Positions 39,060-48,837 are shown, numbered from the stretch's first letter. The stretch is DNA of 64,000 nucleotides from Moorellaceae bacterium (GCA_049701195.1 JBNATU010000005.1:9015-73014), one strand, 5' to 3'. Translations and numbers: made by a program. Notes: a model not told the origin generated them from the sequence alone.

Positions 39060-39447
39060 CCGAGTTATCCCCACTTTTGCCTCTAGGCCTGCTTAGCTTG
39101 CGCTCGCTCCAAAAACCCTCGCGGGCAGGACTTTTGCTCGACCTAAAAGCTTAAGGCGGGGTTCCCTCGACAGTTGGCATTCTTGCCGCCGGGCCGGTCT
39201 TAGGCCGTCTTAGGCCTCTCTATCCTAAAACCCCGCCTCCGCTTTCGGCCTCGTTAAGTTTGACGAAAGGCGAAAAGATTGGCCTGAGGCCCCAATAGCC
39301 TCGCGGACGACAACCGAGACAGGAAGTTTGAGTTCTGCCGGAAAGCCAGCTCTTTCAGCCTTTAAGCCCCGTAAAAGTCCTGCCCGCGAGGGAAGCCCTA
39401 AGCGAGCCGAAGCCGAGCCCTGTAAGAACGGGGGGATGATAACTCAG
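39060..39447. mobile_element. MITE-like element, family A, copy 2 (388 bp, rearranged head-to-head)
   Basis: The ends are CCGAGTTATCCCCAC... and ...GGGGGGATGATAACTCAG. Both outer arms carry the same arm type (GCTCGCTCCAAAAACCCTCGCGGGCAGGAC and its reverse complement). The flanks GGTTGGCTA and GGTTAACTG match at only 6/9. Confidence 0.6.
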
Positions 39448-39449
39448 GG

Positions 39450-40235
39450 TTAACTGCGCCAGACCTCTACGATTAAAACCAGGGCCGCAAGTAAAAACCG
39501 GTACCAGGCGAAGAGCGCATAACTGCCACGGCGCAAGTATTGCAAAAGAAACTTGATGGCCAGAAAGCCTACTGCAGCGGAGGTAATTACACCCACGGCA
39601 AAGGCCACATTTATTTCCTGCCAGGTTAAATTTCTAAATTCCCATAGAGCTGCACCCGCGATAATGGGGATGGACATTAAAAAAGAAAAACGAGCTGACG
39701 TTTCCCGGGTCATTCCCAAAAGACACCCGGCCGTCATCGTTATACCCGAGCGCGATACTCCGGGTATAATAGCCAAGGCCTGAGATAGGCCCACCAGAAT
39801 ACTGTCCACCGCGTTGATTTCCTCCAGCTCTCTCCTCTTAGAGCCCCTGCGGTCGGCCGCCCATAGGCCAATACCCATCAAAGAAAGAGTCAAGGCTATC
39901 AACATAGGGGTGCGAAAGACGGTTTCCGCCTGTTCTTCTAGCATTACTCCGAAAAGGGCTCCGGGAATAGAAGCCAGAACTATATAATAGAGCAGACGCC
40001 CATCCTCACTGCGGGGTTGACTTAAGCCCTTACTTATTATCACCAGCAATTCCCGCCAGAAATAAGCCACCACCGCTACCAAAGTCCCCAGGTGAAGGGC
40101 TACATCAAAAGTAAGGCCGGGATCAGGCCAGCGAAAAAGAAAGCGGGCCAATACCAGGTGAGCCGAACTGGAAATGGGCAAAAACTCCCCCACTCCTTGA
40201 ACCAGGCCTAAAACCAAGGCCTGCCAGATAGTCAT
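39450..40235 (-). CDS. uppP: Undecaprenyl-diphosphate phosphatase
   Basis: 261 aa with the BacA/UppP pattern (GEFLPISSSAHL...PGVSRSG). Confidence 0.9.
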   Translation of the reverse strand: MTIWQALVLGLVQGVGEFLPISSSAHLVLARFLFRWPDPGLTFDVALHLGTLVAVVAYFWRELLVIISKGLSQPRSEDGRLLYYIVLASIPGALFGVMLEEQAETVFRTPMLIALTLSLMGIGLWAADRRGSKRRELEEINAVDSILVGLSQALAIIPGVSRSGITMTAGCLLGMTRETSARFSFLMSIPIIAGAALWEFRNLTWQEINVAFAVGVITSAAVGFLAIKFLLQYLRRGSYALFAWYRFLLAALVLIVEVWRS

Positions 40236-40331
40236 CCTCTTAAACCCTTCCTTCAGCTAGTATACAGCCACAAAGACAGTTTAGCTTGCTCAGAGGAAAA
40301 TTGTCAACAGAAGGCCAGCTAAAGCTCTGTT

Positions 40332-40952
40332 CTACCGAACAGTAATCAAATCCTTAAGCTCTTCAAACCGTTTAACTCCGATGCCCGATACGTTTTGCAG
40401 ATCTTCTATAGTTCGAAAGGGACCATGCTGCTGGCGGTAATCCAGGATCCGCTGGGCCAAGGCGGGTCCTATGCCCGGAAGAGTATCCAGCTCCTCCAGC
40501 CCAGCCGTATTAATGTTTATCTTACCCTTAGATCTATTCCCGGCCGCATCGGAAGCCGCACCGGCGCTTGCTTCTTCCCCGGCCCGCGGTACTACTATTT
40601 GTTGGCCGTCTTTTAACGGCGCGGCCAGATTCAAAGCATGAGGATTAGCTTCCGGCAGCGGCCCGGCCAGCTGCACGGCTTCGCTCACCCGGGCTCCGGC
40701 CGGTAACTGATAGACCCCCGGCCGCGCCACAGCCCCTGCTACGTGAACAGTTATGGCACCCTGCTCCTCTTTATTTTCCTGGGAGGCAGCCCCTACTTTA
40801 TCTACCGCCGGCGCACCCGGCCCCTTCTCCACCACCGGTACCGCTGCTTCCTTCCCCTGACGCCAACGTCCATACTGCACGCCTGCTCCAAAGAGCAGGG
40901 CTGCTATGACCAGCAGCCCCACCCAGCGCACCCGGCTATCCCATTCCCACAT
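40332..40952 (-). CDS. comEA: Competence protein ComEA (DNA receptor)
   Basis: N-terminal TM helix, SLBB-like domain and C-terminal tandem helix-hairpin-helix (ININTAGLEELDTLPGIGPALAQRI). Confidence 0.85.
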   Translation of the reverse strand: MWEWDSRVRWVGLLVIAALLFGAGVQYGRWRQGKEAAVPVVEKGPGAPAVDKVGAASQENKEEQGAITVHVAGAVARPGVYQLPAGARVSEAVQLAGPLPEANPHALNLAAPLKDGQQIVVPRAGEEASAGAASDAAGNRSKGKININTAGLEELDTLPGIGPALAQRILDYRQQHGPFRTIEDLQNVSGIGVKRFEELKDLITVR

Positions 40953-40989
40953 ACCCTTCCCTCCGAACCGTTATGGTAGGGCTTTCCTC

Positions 40990-41020
40990 ATTATACCACA
41001 TTTACCTACTATTTTCCTGC
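40990..41020 (-). promoter_or_regulatory. comEA promoter candidate (extended -10, also sigma-H-like)
   Basis: The minus strand reads GCAGGAAAA-tagtaggtaaat-GTGGTATAATG. It contains TGGTATAAT (an extended -10) and a near match to the sigma-H motif. Confidence 0.45.
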
Positions 41021-41035
41021 ATCTTAGCCTACTAC

Positions 41036-41172
41036 CAGTGCTGACACATAAAAAATCGCTATCCACCTTATCTGTCAAAGATTTGTGTCTGAGATTTTTG
41101 CGATAACAAGTTTTGCGTGTTCCTCTGAACTTCTTCTACAATGCCGGGTTTACGATTCATGCGTCAGCACTG
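41036..41172. mobile_element. MITE-like element, family B (137 bp)
   Basis: TIRs CAGTGCTGACACAT and ATGCGTCAGCACTG (13/14). It is flanked by a perfect 9-bp direct repeat GCCTACTAC (41027-41035 and 41173-41181). Confidence 0.55.
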
Positions 41173-41190
41173 GCCTACTACATTATTCCG

Positions 41191-41319
41191 CCTTGTAAGC
41201 GAACGAGTACGCCTTCGCAGTAGCCAAACTCAAGCTCAGCGCAAGGCGGAAGCGGTTCCGAAGAAAGAAACGGCTCGGCCGGGAAGGGGCTTGCCCGTCT
41301 TAAGTTTCGCCGGAAAGCC
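41191..41319 (+). mobile_element. Truncated, degenerate family-A copy 3
   Basis: CTTGTAAGCGAACGAGTACGCCTTCGCAGTAGCCAAACTCAAGC...GTTTCGCCGGAAAGCC aligns with the interior of copies 1, 2 and 4. It ends at the transporter stop codon. Confidence 0.4.
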
Positions 41320-42774
41320 TCACCGGAAAAACAGTAAGGTATCCAGGATGAAGAGCGGTATAAGAATGCAAACGGACCAGCCCATATAGCCGAAGAAGCT
41401 GGGCATCTTGATTTGGTTCTCTTCGGCAATAGAGCGCACCATAAAATTGGGAGCATTACCTATATAGGTATTCGCACCCATAAAAACCGCCCCGCAAGAT
41501 ATCGCCATAAGCATTTTGGGAGCCACCAGCCCCAAGGTAGTCTGCACGCCCGCAGTCGCCCCCAGGCTGGTAGCGGTAGTAAGAAATACCAGGTAAGTAG
41601 GCGCATTGTCTAAGAAACTGGAGAGAGCTCCCGTGGCCCAGAAAAAGTGAGCCGGCTGGGTAAGCCCGAGTTCTGCCCCGCGGGCGTGGAGGATTTCCAG
41701 AGCAGGAATCATGGTCATAAAAATCCCGGCGAAAAGGGTGGCCACTTCCTTGATAGGCCCCCAGGTGAAGCGGTTATCCCGGCGGATAACGTAAGGTGTA
41801 GTCCGGAAGGAAAGATAAGCGGCCAAAAGTATCAACAAGTCCCGGATGAGATTAATATAAGGGAGTACTAAAGTCTCTTCTCCGTGGCGCCATAGAACGA
41901 TACCGTACAGGTCCCCGGTCTTCTGGTCGGCGAAGGCCGGATTCTTGGCCAGAAAACCGCTCAAAATGACGGAACCCACGATCAGGCCCAGATAAAAAAG
42001 ATTCTGCAACCCTTCTACCCGGAGGGGTTCAGGGGCTTGAACCCTTTCGGGAATATTTTCTTTCCGGTAGTAATAACTATCCACCAGGAAGTAAAGGATT
42101 AAGAGGATTATAACGTTAAAGCCCATAGGGACTATGAGCTTCATAGTCCAGAAGAAAGGCACACCCCTTAAGAAACCCAAAAAAAGCGGCGGGTCTCCCA
42201 AGGGAGTAAGCGAACCACCGATATTGGATACCAAAAAAATAAAGAAAATGATAATATGCGTCTTATAGCGCCGCCATTCGTTGGCCCTTATGACGGGCCT
42301 GATCATCAGCATACTGGCCCCGGTAGTACCGATCCAGCTGGCCAGGAAAGTGCCTACTAAGAGAAGTAAAGTATTTACGGCCGGCGTACCCCGGAGAGTG
42401 CCGCGCAAAATTATACCCCCGGATACCACGAAAAGACCGAATAAGAGGATGATAAAGGGCAGATAGTCGAGCAAGTAGACCTCTATAGCTTTCACCAAAG
42501 CGGTTTCCCCGCCGAAGGAAAGCAAGAAGGGTACAAAAAAGATTAGGGACCAGAATAGGCTCACCTTGCCCATATTATGTTCCCACCAGTGGGGGTTCAC
42601 CAGGGGGCAGATGGCAATAGAGAGCAACATGCCCACGAAAGGAAGCACGCTCCATAGGGGCAACACCCGTCCTAATTCTTTCCCCCCTGAGGCCCAGGCT
42701 ATACTCGGCACCAGAGCAACCCCGACGGCGGCCAACAGAGAAATTAGCAGGAAGGCTGGGTGTGGCTTTTTCAT
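41320..42774 (-). CDS. ArsB/NhaD-superfamily ion transporter (sodium:proton antiporter-like)
   Basis: 484 aa with about 12 TM helices and a signal-like N-terminus. The family assignment is by overall pattern only. Confidence 0.7.
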   Translation of the reverse strand: MKKPHPAFLLISLLAAVGVALVPSIAWASGGKELGRVLPLWSVLPFVGMLLSIAICPLVNPHWWEHNMGKVSLFWSLIFFVPFLLSFGGETALVKAIEVYLLDYLPFIILLFGLFVVSGGIILRGTLRGTPAVNTLLLLVGTFLASWIGTTGASMLMIRPVIRANEWRRYKTHIIIFFIFLVSNIGGSLTPLGDPPLFLGFLRGVPFFWTMKLIVPMGFNVIILLILYFLVDSYYYRKENIPERVQAPEPLRVEGLQNLFYLGLIVGSVILSGFLAKNPAFADQKTGDLYGIVLWRHGEETLVLPYINLIRDLLILLAAYLSFRTTPYVIRRDNRFTWGPIKEVATLFAGIFMTMIPALEILHARGAELGLTQPAHFFWATGALSSFLDNAPTYLVFLTTATSLGATAGVQTTLGLVAPKMLMAISCGAVFMGANTYIGNAPNFMVRSIAEENQIKMPSFFGYMGWSVCILIPLFILDTLLFFR

Positions 42775-42877
42775 GCTTTACCAATCCTCCTAAAAATAAT
42801 AGCTCGGCTTTCACCGGCCCTCTACAACCCAAGTTTTAGTCCCTCGGCCCATTATCTCTTTAAATCTTTTAAATATA

Positions 42878-42903
42878 AATAGGGACACTAAATGGGGACA
42901 CTA
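42878..42903. repeat. Tandem 13-bp direct repeat upstream of the transporter gene
   Basis: AATAGGGACACTA AATGGGGACACTA (12/13 identical), 104-129 nt upstream of the start at 42774. Confidence 0.85.
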
Positions 42904-42995
42904 CTGGAACCCCGCCTGAAGAGCACACAATGTTATTCAATTCTACCTGCTAATAAAAAATCCTGCTCTTATCGCCAAATTTTCCTTAAATATAT

Positions 42996-43021
42996 GGGAA
43001 AAGCGGGATTACTTCCCGCTT
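42996..43021 (-). terminator. Terminator overlapping the stop of the MTH1187-family gene
   Basis: The minus strand reads AGCGGGA-agtaa-TCCCGCT followed by TTTTCCC. Confidence 0.55.
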
Positions 43022-43344
43022 TCTCCACCTTCTGCCAGCTTTTGTTCTACTGCAGCCAGCTTTCCCTCTATAGTTACTTTTTTATCTATACGCTCATCAA
43101 TACTAATGTTGGTCACCACCCTTAGGGCGCCTTTCTTGAAGGGCAGTTCGTGCATACGCCGAAAGACGGCAAAGAGCACATCTAATTCGCCTTCAATAAC
43201 GGTAGACATGGGCGTAAGCTGATATTTAATCCCTTCTACCTGGCTTAAAAAAAGGTGCAGGTCGGCTACATAGGAGCTCAGGCTGGGCGAACCCGGTGCC
43301 CCTATGGGTATCACCGTTATCTGCGCCACCGGCATATCACTCAA
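43009..43344 (-). CDS. MTH1187/YkoF-family (DUF77) thiamine-binding-like protein
   Basis: 111 aa with the family pattern (VAQITVIPIG...YQLTPMSTVIEGELDVLF). Confidence 0.75.
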   Translation of the reverse strand: MSDMPVAQITVIPIGAPGSPSLSSYVADLHLFLSQVEGIKYQLTPMSTVIEGELDVLFAVFRRMHELPFKKGALRVVTNISIDERIDKKVTIEGKLAAVEQKLAEGGESGK

Positions 43345-43355
43345 CCCCTCCTTCT

Positions 43356-45854
43356 TTAGCCTGCTTTACGCACCACCAAATTCACCAATTTATCCGGCAC
43401 TACTATTATCTTAACCACCTGCTGTCCCTTCAGCAAAGCCGCCACCTTTTCCCTGGCCAGCACGGCCTGCTTCAACTGCTCTTCTCCCAATCCGGCGGGT
43501 ACCCTAACGCGGTCCCGCACCTTACCGTTGATCTGCACTACTACCATCACTTCTTCGGTCAACAGGGCTTGAGGATCATACTCCGGCCACCTCTCTAAGT
43601 GTACGCTGGTTTCCCGGCCTATACCCTGCCACAGCTCCTCCGCTATATGAGGGGCAAAGGGGGCCAGCAAAGTAATCAGCTTGGTCAGACCTTCCTTCAC
43701 CAAAGGCAAATTCTGTTCTTCTTCCGGCACGCTATCCTGATAATGATAGAAGCCGTTGACCAGCTCCATAATGGCGCTGATGGCCGTATTAAAGTTAAAG
43801 CGCTCCTCAATGTCCTCCGTCACCTTCTTAATAGTAGCGTTCACCAGACGGTAAAGCTCCTTATCCGCCCGGCTGGTCAAGCTTATCTCCCGTCCGGCCG
43901 ACTCTATCCCGCGCACCCGGGAGCTATAATTATAGGCCAAACGCCACACTCTATTTAAGAAACGATAACATCCCTCCACGCCCTGGTCGCTCCACTCCAG
44001 GTCCCGCTCCGGCGGCGCGGCAAAAAGGATAAACAGGCGCGCCGTATCCGCTCCATAACGCTCAATAATCTCTTCCGGGCTCACCACATTACCCTTGGAC
44101 TTGGACATCTTACCCCCGTCTTTAAGGACCATGCCCTGGGTCAAAAGATTCTGGAAGGGTTCTTCCACCCCCACCAGGCCGAAATCATACAGGGCCTTGG
44201 TGAAAAACCTGGCATACATGAGATGGAGAATGGCGTGCTCCACGCCCCCGATATACTGGTCTACATTCATCCAGTAGTCCACCTTGTCCCGCTCAAAGGG
44301 TTTCTCCTGGCTGTGAGGGCTGGTGTAGCGCAAGAAATACCAGGAAGAACAGACGAAAGTGTCCATAGTATCCGTCTCCCGGCGCGCCGGCTGTCCGCAA
44401 TTGGGACAAGTAGTATGCACAAACTCAGGACAACTCTTGAGCGGCGATTCCCCGGTAGGTTTGAACTCCACTCCCTCAGGGAGGATTACCGGCAGGTCTT
44501 CCTCGGGAACCGGTACTATCCCGCAGCGTTCGCAGTAGATTATAGGGATAGGCGCTCCCCAATAACGCTGCCGCGAAATCAGCCAGTCCCGAAGCTTATA
44601 ATTGACTTTCTTCCCGCCCAGCCCTTTCTCTTCCAGGTATTTAACTATCCTTTGTTTACCCTCTTCGCTGGGCAGACCGCTAAAGGAACCGGAATTAACC
44701 ATTATACCGGGATCTACATAGGCCTCCGTCATAGTAGCCCCGTCCAGCTCCCGGTCCGGCGGCCGGATAACTACCTTTACAGGCAATCCGTACTTGCGGG
44801 CGAAAGCGAAATCCCGCTCGTCATGGCCCGGCACACCCATTACCGCTCCTGTACCGTATTCCATCAGGACGTAATTGGCAATCCATATAGGGACCCTTTC
44901 CTCATTGACCGGGTTAACCGCATAGGCGCCTATAAAAATTCCTTCCTTCTCCTTTTCGGTCGCCGTGCGGTCCAGGGCGCTTAAATGTCGGGCCGCCTCC
45001 ACAAACCGCTTCACCGGCTCTTCATAGGGGGTTCCTTTGGTCAGCTTCTCCACCAGGGGATGCTCCGGCGCCAGCACCATATAGGTTACGCCAAAGAGAG
45101 TATCCGGCCGGGTGGTGAACACGGGAATCCTTTCCCCGGTACCGTCCACCCGGAAAACCACTTCGGCCCCTACGCTCTTGCCGATCCAGTTTTCCTGCAT
45201 TACCTTGACTTTTTCCGGCCAGCCGGGCAATTTCTTAAGATCGGCCAGCAACCGCTCGGCATAATCCGTAATACGGAAAAACCACTGTTCCAGGTCGCGG
45301 TGGGTGACCGGCGTGCCGCAGCGCTCGCAGGCGCCGCCCACCACCTGCTCATTAGCCAGTACCGTGGCGCAAGAAGGGCACCAGTTGACGGCCGCTTTCT
45401 TACGGTAAGCCAGGCCGTGTTTATACATCTGCAAGAATAACCACTGGGTCCACTTATAATAGCTGGGGTGGCAGGTGGCTACCTCCCGATCCCAGTCATA
45501 GCTTATTCCCATAGCCTGGAGCTGCCGGCGCATATTGGCGATATTTTTCCAGGTCCATTCCGCCGGATGAATGCCGTGTTTAATGGCGGCATTTTCTGCG
45601 GGCAAGCCAAAAGCATCCCATCCCATAGGGTGCAGAACATTAAAGCCTCTCATGCGCTTGAAGCGGGCCACCACATCCCCTATGGAATAGTTGCGCACAT
45701 GTCCCATATGCAGATTTCCCGAGGGGTAGGGAAACATCTCCAGACAATAAAACTTAGGCTTGTCACCCTCCTCGGTAACCCGGTAAAGGTCGCTCGCTTC
45801 CCACCGGCGTTGCCATTTAGGTTCAATCTCTTTAAAGTTATACCTGGCCTCCAT
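43356..45854 (-). CDS. leuS: Leucine--tRNA ligase
   Basis: 832 aa with class I motifs HMGHVRNY (HIGH) and KMSKS, plus a CP1 editing domain. Confidence 0.97.
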   Translation of the reverse strand: MEARYNFKEIEPKWQRRWEASDLYRVTEEGDKPKFYCLEMFPYPSGNLHMGHVRNYSIGDVVARFKRMRGFNVLHPMGWDAFGLPAENAAIKHGIHPAEWTWKNIANMRRQLQAMGISYDWDREVATCHPSYYKWTQWLFLQMYKHGLAYRKKAAVNWCPSCATVLANEQVVGGACERCGTPVTHRDLEQWFFRITDYAERLLADLKKLPGWPEKVKVMQENWIGKSVGAEVVFRVDGTGERIPVFTTRPDTLFGVTYMVLAPEHPLVEKLTKGTPYEEPVKRFVEAARHLSALDRTATEKEKEGIFIGAYAVNPVNEERVPIWIANYVLMEYGTGAVMGVPGHDERDFAFARKYGLPVKVVIRPPDRELDGATMTEAYVDPGIMVNSGSFSGLPSEEGKQRIVKYLEEKGLGGKKVNYKLRDWLISRQRYWGAPIPIIYCERCGIVPVPEEDLPVILPEGVEFKPTGESPLKSCPEFVHTTCPNCGQPARRETDTMDTFVCSSWYFLRYTSPHSQEKPFERDKVDYWMNVDQYIGGVEHAILHLMYARFFTKALYDFGLVGVEEPFQNLLTQGMVLKDGGKMSKSKGNVVSPEEIIERYGADTARLFILFAAPPERDLEWSDQGVEGCYRFLNRVWRLAYNYSSRVRGIESAGREISLTSRADKELYRLVNATIKKVTEDIEERFNFNTAISAIMELVNGFYHYQDSVPEEEQNLPLVKEGLTKLITLLAPFAPHIAEELWQGIGRETSVHLERWPEYDPQALLTEEVMVVVQINGKVRDRVRVPAGLGEEQLKQAVLAREKVAALLKGQQVVKIIVVPDKLVNLVVRKAG

Positions 45855-45874
45855 ATCCGCCCTTTCACTCCTTT

Positions 45875-46222
45875 TTATTCTTCAAGTTCCACCACTTCGG
45901 CGTCGCCCCAAAGACGCTCCAGGTCATAAAACCTGCGGTCTTCTTCCAAAAACACGTGGACCACCACGCCGCCGAAATCCAATAGAACCCACCGCGCCGA
46001 AGCAAAACCTTCCCGTCGCAAGAGCCGACCTCCTGCTTCTCCCACTTTCTCCTCTACCTCCCGGGCAATGGCCTGCACCTGGGCGGTAGAAGTGCCATGG
46101 GTGATAACAAAATAGTCGGCTATTAAGGAGATTTTGCGTATATCCAGAATGACCACCTGCTGCCCCTTCTTATCGCGCGCAGCTCGAGCAGCCGCTTGCG
46201 CTACACGTAAGGTTTCCTCCAA
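45875..46222 (-). CDS. rsfS: Ribosome silencing factor RsfS
   Basis: 115 aa with the Iojap/RsfS pattern ([15 protein letters not shown]...[14 protein letters not shown]). Confidence 0.9.
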   Translation of the reverse strand: MEETLRVAQAAARAARDKKGQQVVILDIRKISLIADYFVITHGTSTAQVQAIAREVEEKVGEAGGRLLRREGFASARWVLLDFGGVVVHVFLEEDRRFYDLERLWGDAEVVELEE

Positions 46223-46861
46223 TCAATCTAAACCCCCTTTGTTTTGACCGCCGGCCATCGCACCACCGCCTCGTTCGCTTTCTCTTCTCCACCCGCGACC
46301 TTCTTCTTTTAACAACAAGTAATTGCGCGCCTCTACCGTCGCCGGGTGCAAAGGATGGCCCTTCTCTAAAACATAATAGATACTGCTCTCCAAAGCCTTG
46401 AGCAGCCCCCCGTCGAGGTCCGCCTCGACCAAACGACGCAGCTCCTCCACCCCGGGATATTGCCGCCCCGGCTCCAGCGCATCCGCCAGGTAAACTATTT
46501 TATCCAAGGGGCTCATGGCCGGAGATCCTACCGTATGGCGGCTTATGGCCTGCAAAATTTCCTCATCCTCCAGGCCCAATTCCGTCCTCAATAACCACGC
46601 CCCTACGGGCGCATGTAGCAGCACCGGAAACCTTTTTTCTATCTCCTGCCCGATTAAACCCGCTTTCTCTCCGAGAGCTAGAAGCTCCTGCTCTGGCAGG
46701 TCTCGGGCGTAATCATGCATCCAACCGGCCAGTTCGGCCTTATCGGGGGATACCCCGTACCTTAGGGCCAATTTGACCGCATAGGTAGCCACCCCCTGGC
46801 TGTGGCGCCAACGCCGGGGCGTCAACCTGGAGGCCAATAGCGTCTTATAATATTCTAGCAT
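46223..46861 (-). CDS. yqeK: HD-domain Ap4A hydrolase YqeK
   Basis: HD motif (RWRHSQGVA...HD). nadD-yqeK-rsfS synteny. Confidence 0.85.
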   Translation of the reverse strand: MLEYYKTLLASRLTPRRWRHSQGVATYAVKLALRYGVSPDKAELAGWMHDYARDLPEQELLALGEKAGLIGQEIEKRFPVLLHAPVGAWLLRTELGLEDEEILQAISRHTVGSPAMSPLDKIVYLADALEPGRQYPGVEELRRLVEADLDGGLLKALESSIYYVLEKGHPLHPATVEARNYLLLKEEGRGWRRESERGGGAMAGGQNKGGLD

Positions 46862-46910
46862 GGCTAAAAGCAGCTCCCGTTTGAAGAAAAACCCCCTAGC
46901 AAGTAGGAGG

Positions 46911-47537
46911 TCAAGTTAAGTATAAGCCCTCTCGCCTTATATATTCCTCCACCGCCTCGGGCAAAAGATACTTGATCGTTTTCCTTTCTCTAACGCGTCG
47001 GCGAATATCCGTGGAGGAGATGGCCAGGGCCGGAACTTCAATAATATGTATGCGCTGCCAGCACTCCAGAGGCAGCAGGGGTTTTAAATCCTCCAGTTTC
47101 TCCAAAAGAAAACCCGGTCGGGTGGCCGCTATAAAACGGCATTTCTTAAGCAGCTCGCCGACATCCTTCCAGTGCAATATTTCCAGAATAGCATCCGCGC
47201 CCGTAATAAAATAGAGTTCCGGCTCAGGTCCCAGCAACCGGCGAAACTCCGTCACCGTATCTATAGTATAGGAAACTCCCGGCCGCTCGATCTCTATCCG
47301 CGAGACTTCAAAAAAAGGGTTACTGCTGGTAGCCAGCACCGTCATCCGATAGCGGTGTTCGGCCGCCGTCACCTGGTAGCCTTTCTTGTGCGGAGGTTGG
47401 CCGGAAGGGATGAAAATCACTTTGTCGAGATTAAATTCGCAACGAGCGGCCTCGGCCGTAACTAAATGGCCGTAATGAATCGGATCGAAAGTCCCGCCCA
47501 TTAATCCTATACGCTGTAAACCCGTAGTGACGGCCAT
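46911..47537 (-). CDS. nadD: Nicotinate-nucleotide adenylyltransferase
   Basis: [11 protein letters not shown] nucleotidyltransferase motif and ISSTDIR. Confidence 0.9.
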   Translation of the reverse strand: MAVTTGLQRIGLMGGTFDPIHYGHLVTAEAARCEFNLDKVIFIPSGQPPHKKGYQVTAAEHRYRMTVLATSSNPFFEVSRIEIERPGVSYTIDTVTEFRRLLGPEPELYFITGADAILEILHWKDVGELLKKCRFIAATRPGFLLEKLEDLKPLLPLECWQRIHIIEVPALAISSTDIRRRVRERKTIKYLLPEAVEEYIRREGLYLT

Positions 47538-47580
47538 CTTCCCCTCCGGCTCCTGATGCCATACAGTAGTATTTTAACAA

Positions 47581-48837
47581 TTACTGGCGGACCTGTCCAC
47601 TCCCGAAAACAATATACTTAAAGGTGGTCAGCTGCTCCGGCCCCATAGGTCCCCGGGCGTGTAGCTTCTGCGTACTAATGCCGATCTCCGCGCCGAAGCC
47701 GTACTGAAAACCGTCGGTAAAGCGGGTAGAAGCATTCACATAAACCGCCGCGGCGTCTACCCGGCGCAAGAACTCCAAAGCGCGGCTATAATTATTGGTG
47801 ACAATGGCTTCGGAGTGTTTGGTCCCATAGGTAGTAATATGCTCTATGGCCTCCTCCAGGTCCCCGACTACCTTTACGGCCAGGATGAGGTCCAAGTACT
47901 CCGTGGCCCAATCCTCCTCGGTAGCTTCTTTAGCGAAAGGTACTAAAGACCGGGTATGCGGGCAGCCGCGCAGCTCCACGCCCAGGTCCTTAAGCCTTTC
48001 CGCCACTACCGGAAGAAATGCCGGAGCTATGTCCCGGTGCACCAGCAGGGTTTCCATGGCATTGCATACTCCCGGGCGCTGCGTCTTAGCATTGATCACG
48101 ATATTTATGGCCATATCCAGGTCCGCGTCCTTATCTACGTACACATGGCAATTGCCTACGCCTGTTTCAATGACGGGCACGGTGGCATTTTCCACTACGG
48201 TACGGATAAGTCCTGCTCCTCCGCGGGGGATTAAAACATCGATATAATCATGGAGGCGCAGCATCACCTGTACCGCTTCCCGATCCGTGGTATCCACCAA
48301 CTGGATGGCCCCTTCGGGCACGCCCGCAGCCGTGGCCGCGGCACTAATAATCTTCGTTATAGCGCGGTTGGAATGTATAGCCTCCGACCCGCCGCGTAAA
48401 ATCACCGCATTCCCCGTCTTCAGACATAAGCCGGCCGCGTCCACCGTCACATTAGGCCGGGCTTCGTAAATTATGCCTATTACTCCCAAAGGCACTCGCA
48501 TCCGGCCGATCTGCAGGCCGTTAGGCCGCGTCCACATAGCCGTCACTTCCCCTACAGGATCGGGAAGATTCACCAGAGTTTCCAATCCCTCGGCCATCTC
48601 CTGAATGCGCTTTTCGTTGAGCAACAGGCGGTCCAGCAGTGCGCGGGAAAGACCCCGGGCCGCTCCCGCCTCCATATCCAGCGCATTGCTTTGGAGGATT
48701 TCCGCCGACCTCTCTCTTAAAGCCTCAGCCATAGCCTTAAGGGCTCTGTTCTTAACTTCCGTATTCAAAGTAGCCAGCTTGGCCGCTGCCGTCTTAGCCC
48801 TCTTGCCCAGGGCTATCATTTCTTCCCGCACCGTCAT
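47581..48837 (-). CDS. proA: Glutamate-5-semialdehyde dehydrogenase
   Basis: 418 aa in the aldehyde-dehydrogenase-like ProA family (NASTRFTDG). It follows proB. Confidence 0.95.
   Translation of the reverse strand: MTVREEMIALGKRAKTAAAKLATLNTEVKNRALKAMAEALRERSAEILQSNALDMEAGAARGLSRALLDRLLLNEKRIQEMAEGLETLVNLPDPVGEVTAMWTRPNGLQIGRMRVPLGVIGIIYEARPNVTVDAAGLCLKTGNAVILRGGSEAIHSNRAITKIISAAATAAGVPEGAIQLVDTTDREAVQVMLRLHDYIDVLIPRGGAGLIRTVVENATVPVIETGVGNCHVYVDKDADLDMAINIVINAKTQRPGVCNAMETLLVHRDIAPAFLPVVAERLKDLGVELRGCPHTRSLVPFAKEATEEDWATEYLDLILAVKVVGDLEEAIEHITTYGTKHSEAIVTNNYSRALEFLRRVDAAAVYVNASTRFTDGFQYGFGAEIGISTQKLHARGPMGPEQLTTFKYIVFGSGQVRQ

Noticed and set aside
44223-45440. Plus-strand ORFs of 253 aa and 151 aa inside leuS. 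Similar antisense ORFs occur in ppdK (238-2773), glyS, dnaK and groEL.
   Set aside because: All are antisense to strongly conserved genes, lack RBS context and have Arg/Pro/Gly-rich shadow-frame composition.
45855-45874. A T-box or other leader upstream of leuS.
   Set aside because: Only 20 nt separate rsfS from leuS, so leuS is evidently co-transcribed with nadD-yqeK-rsfS. There is no room for a riboswitch.
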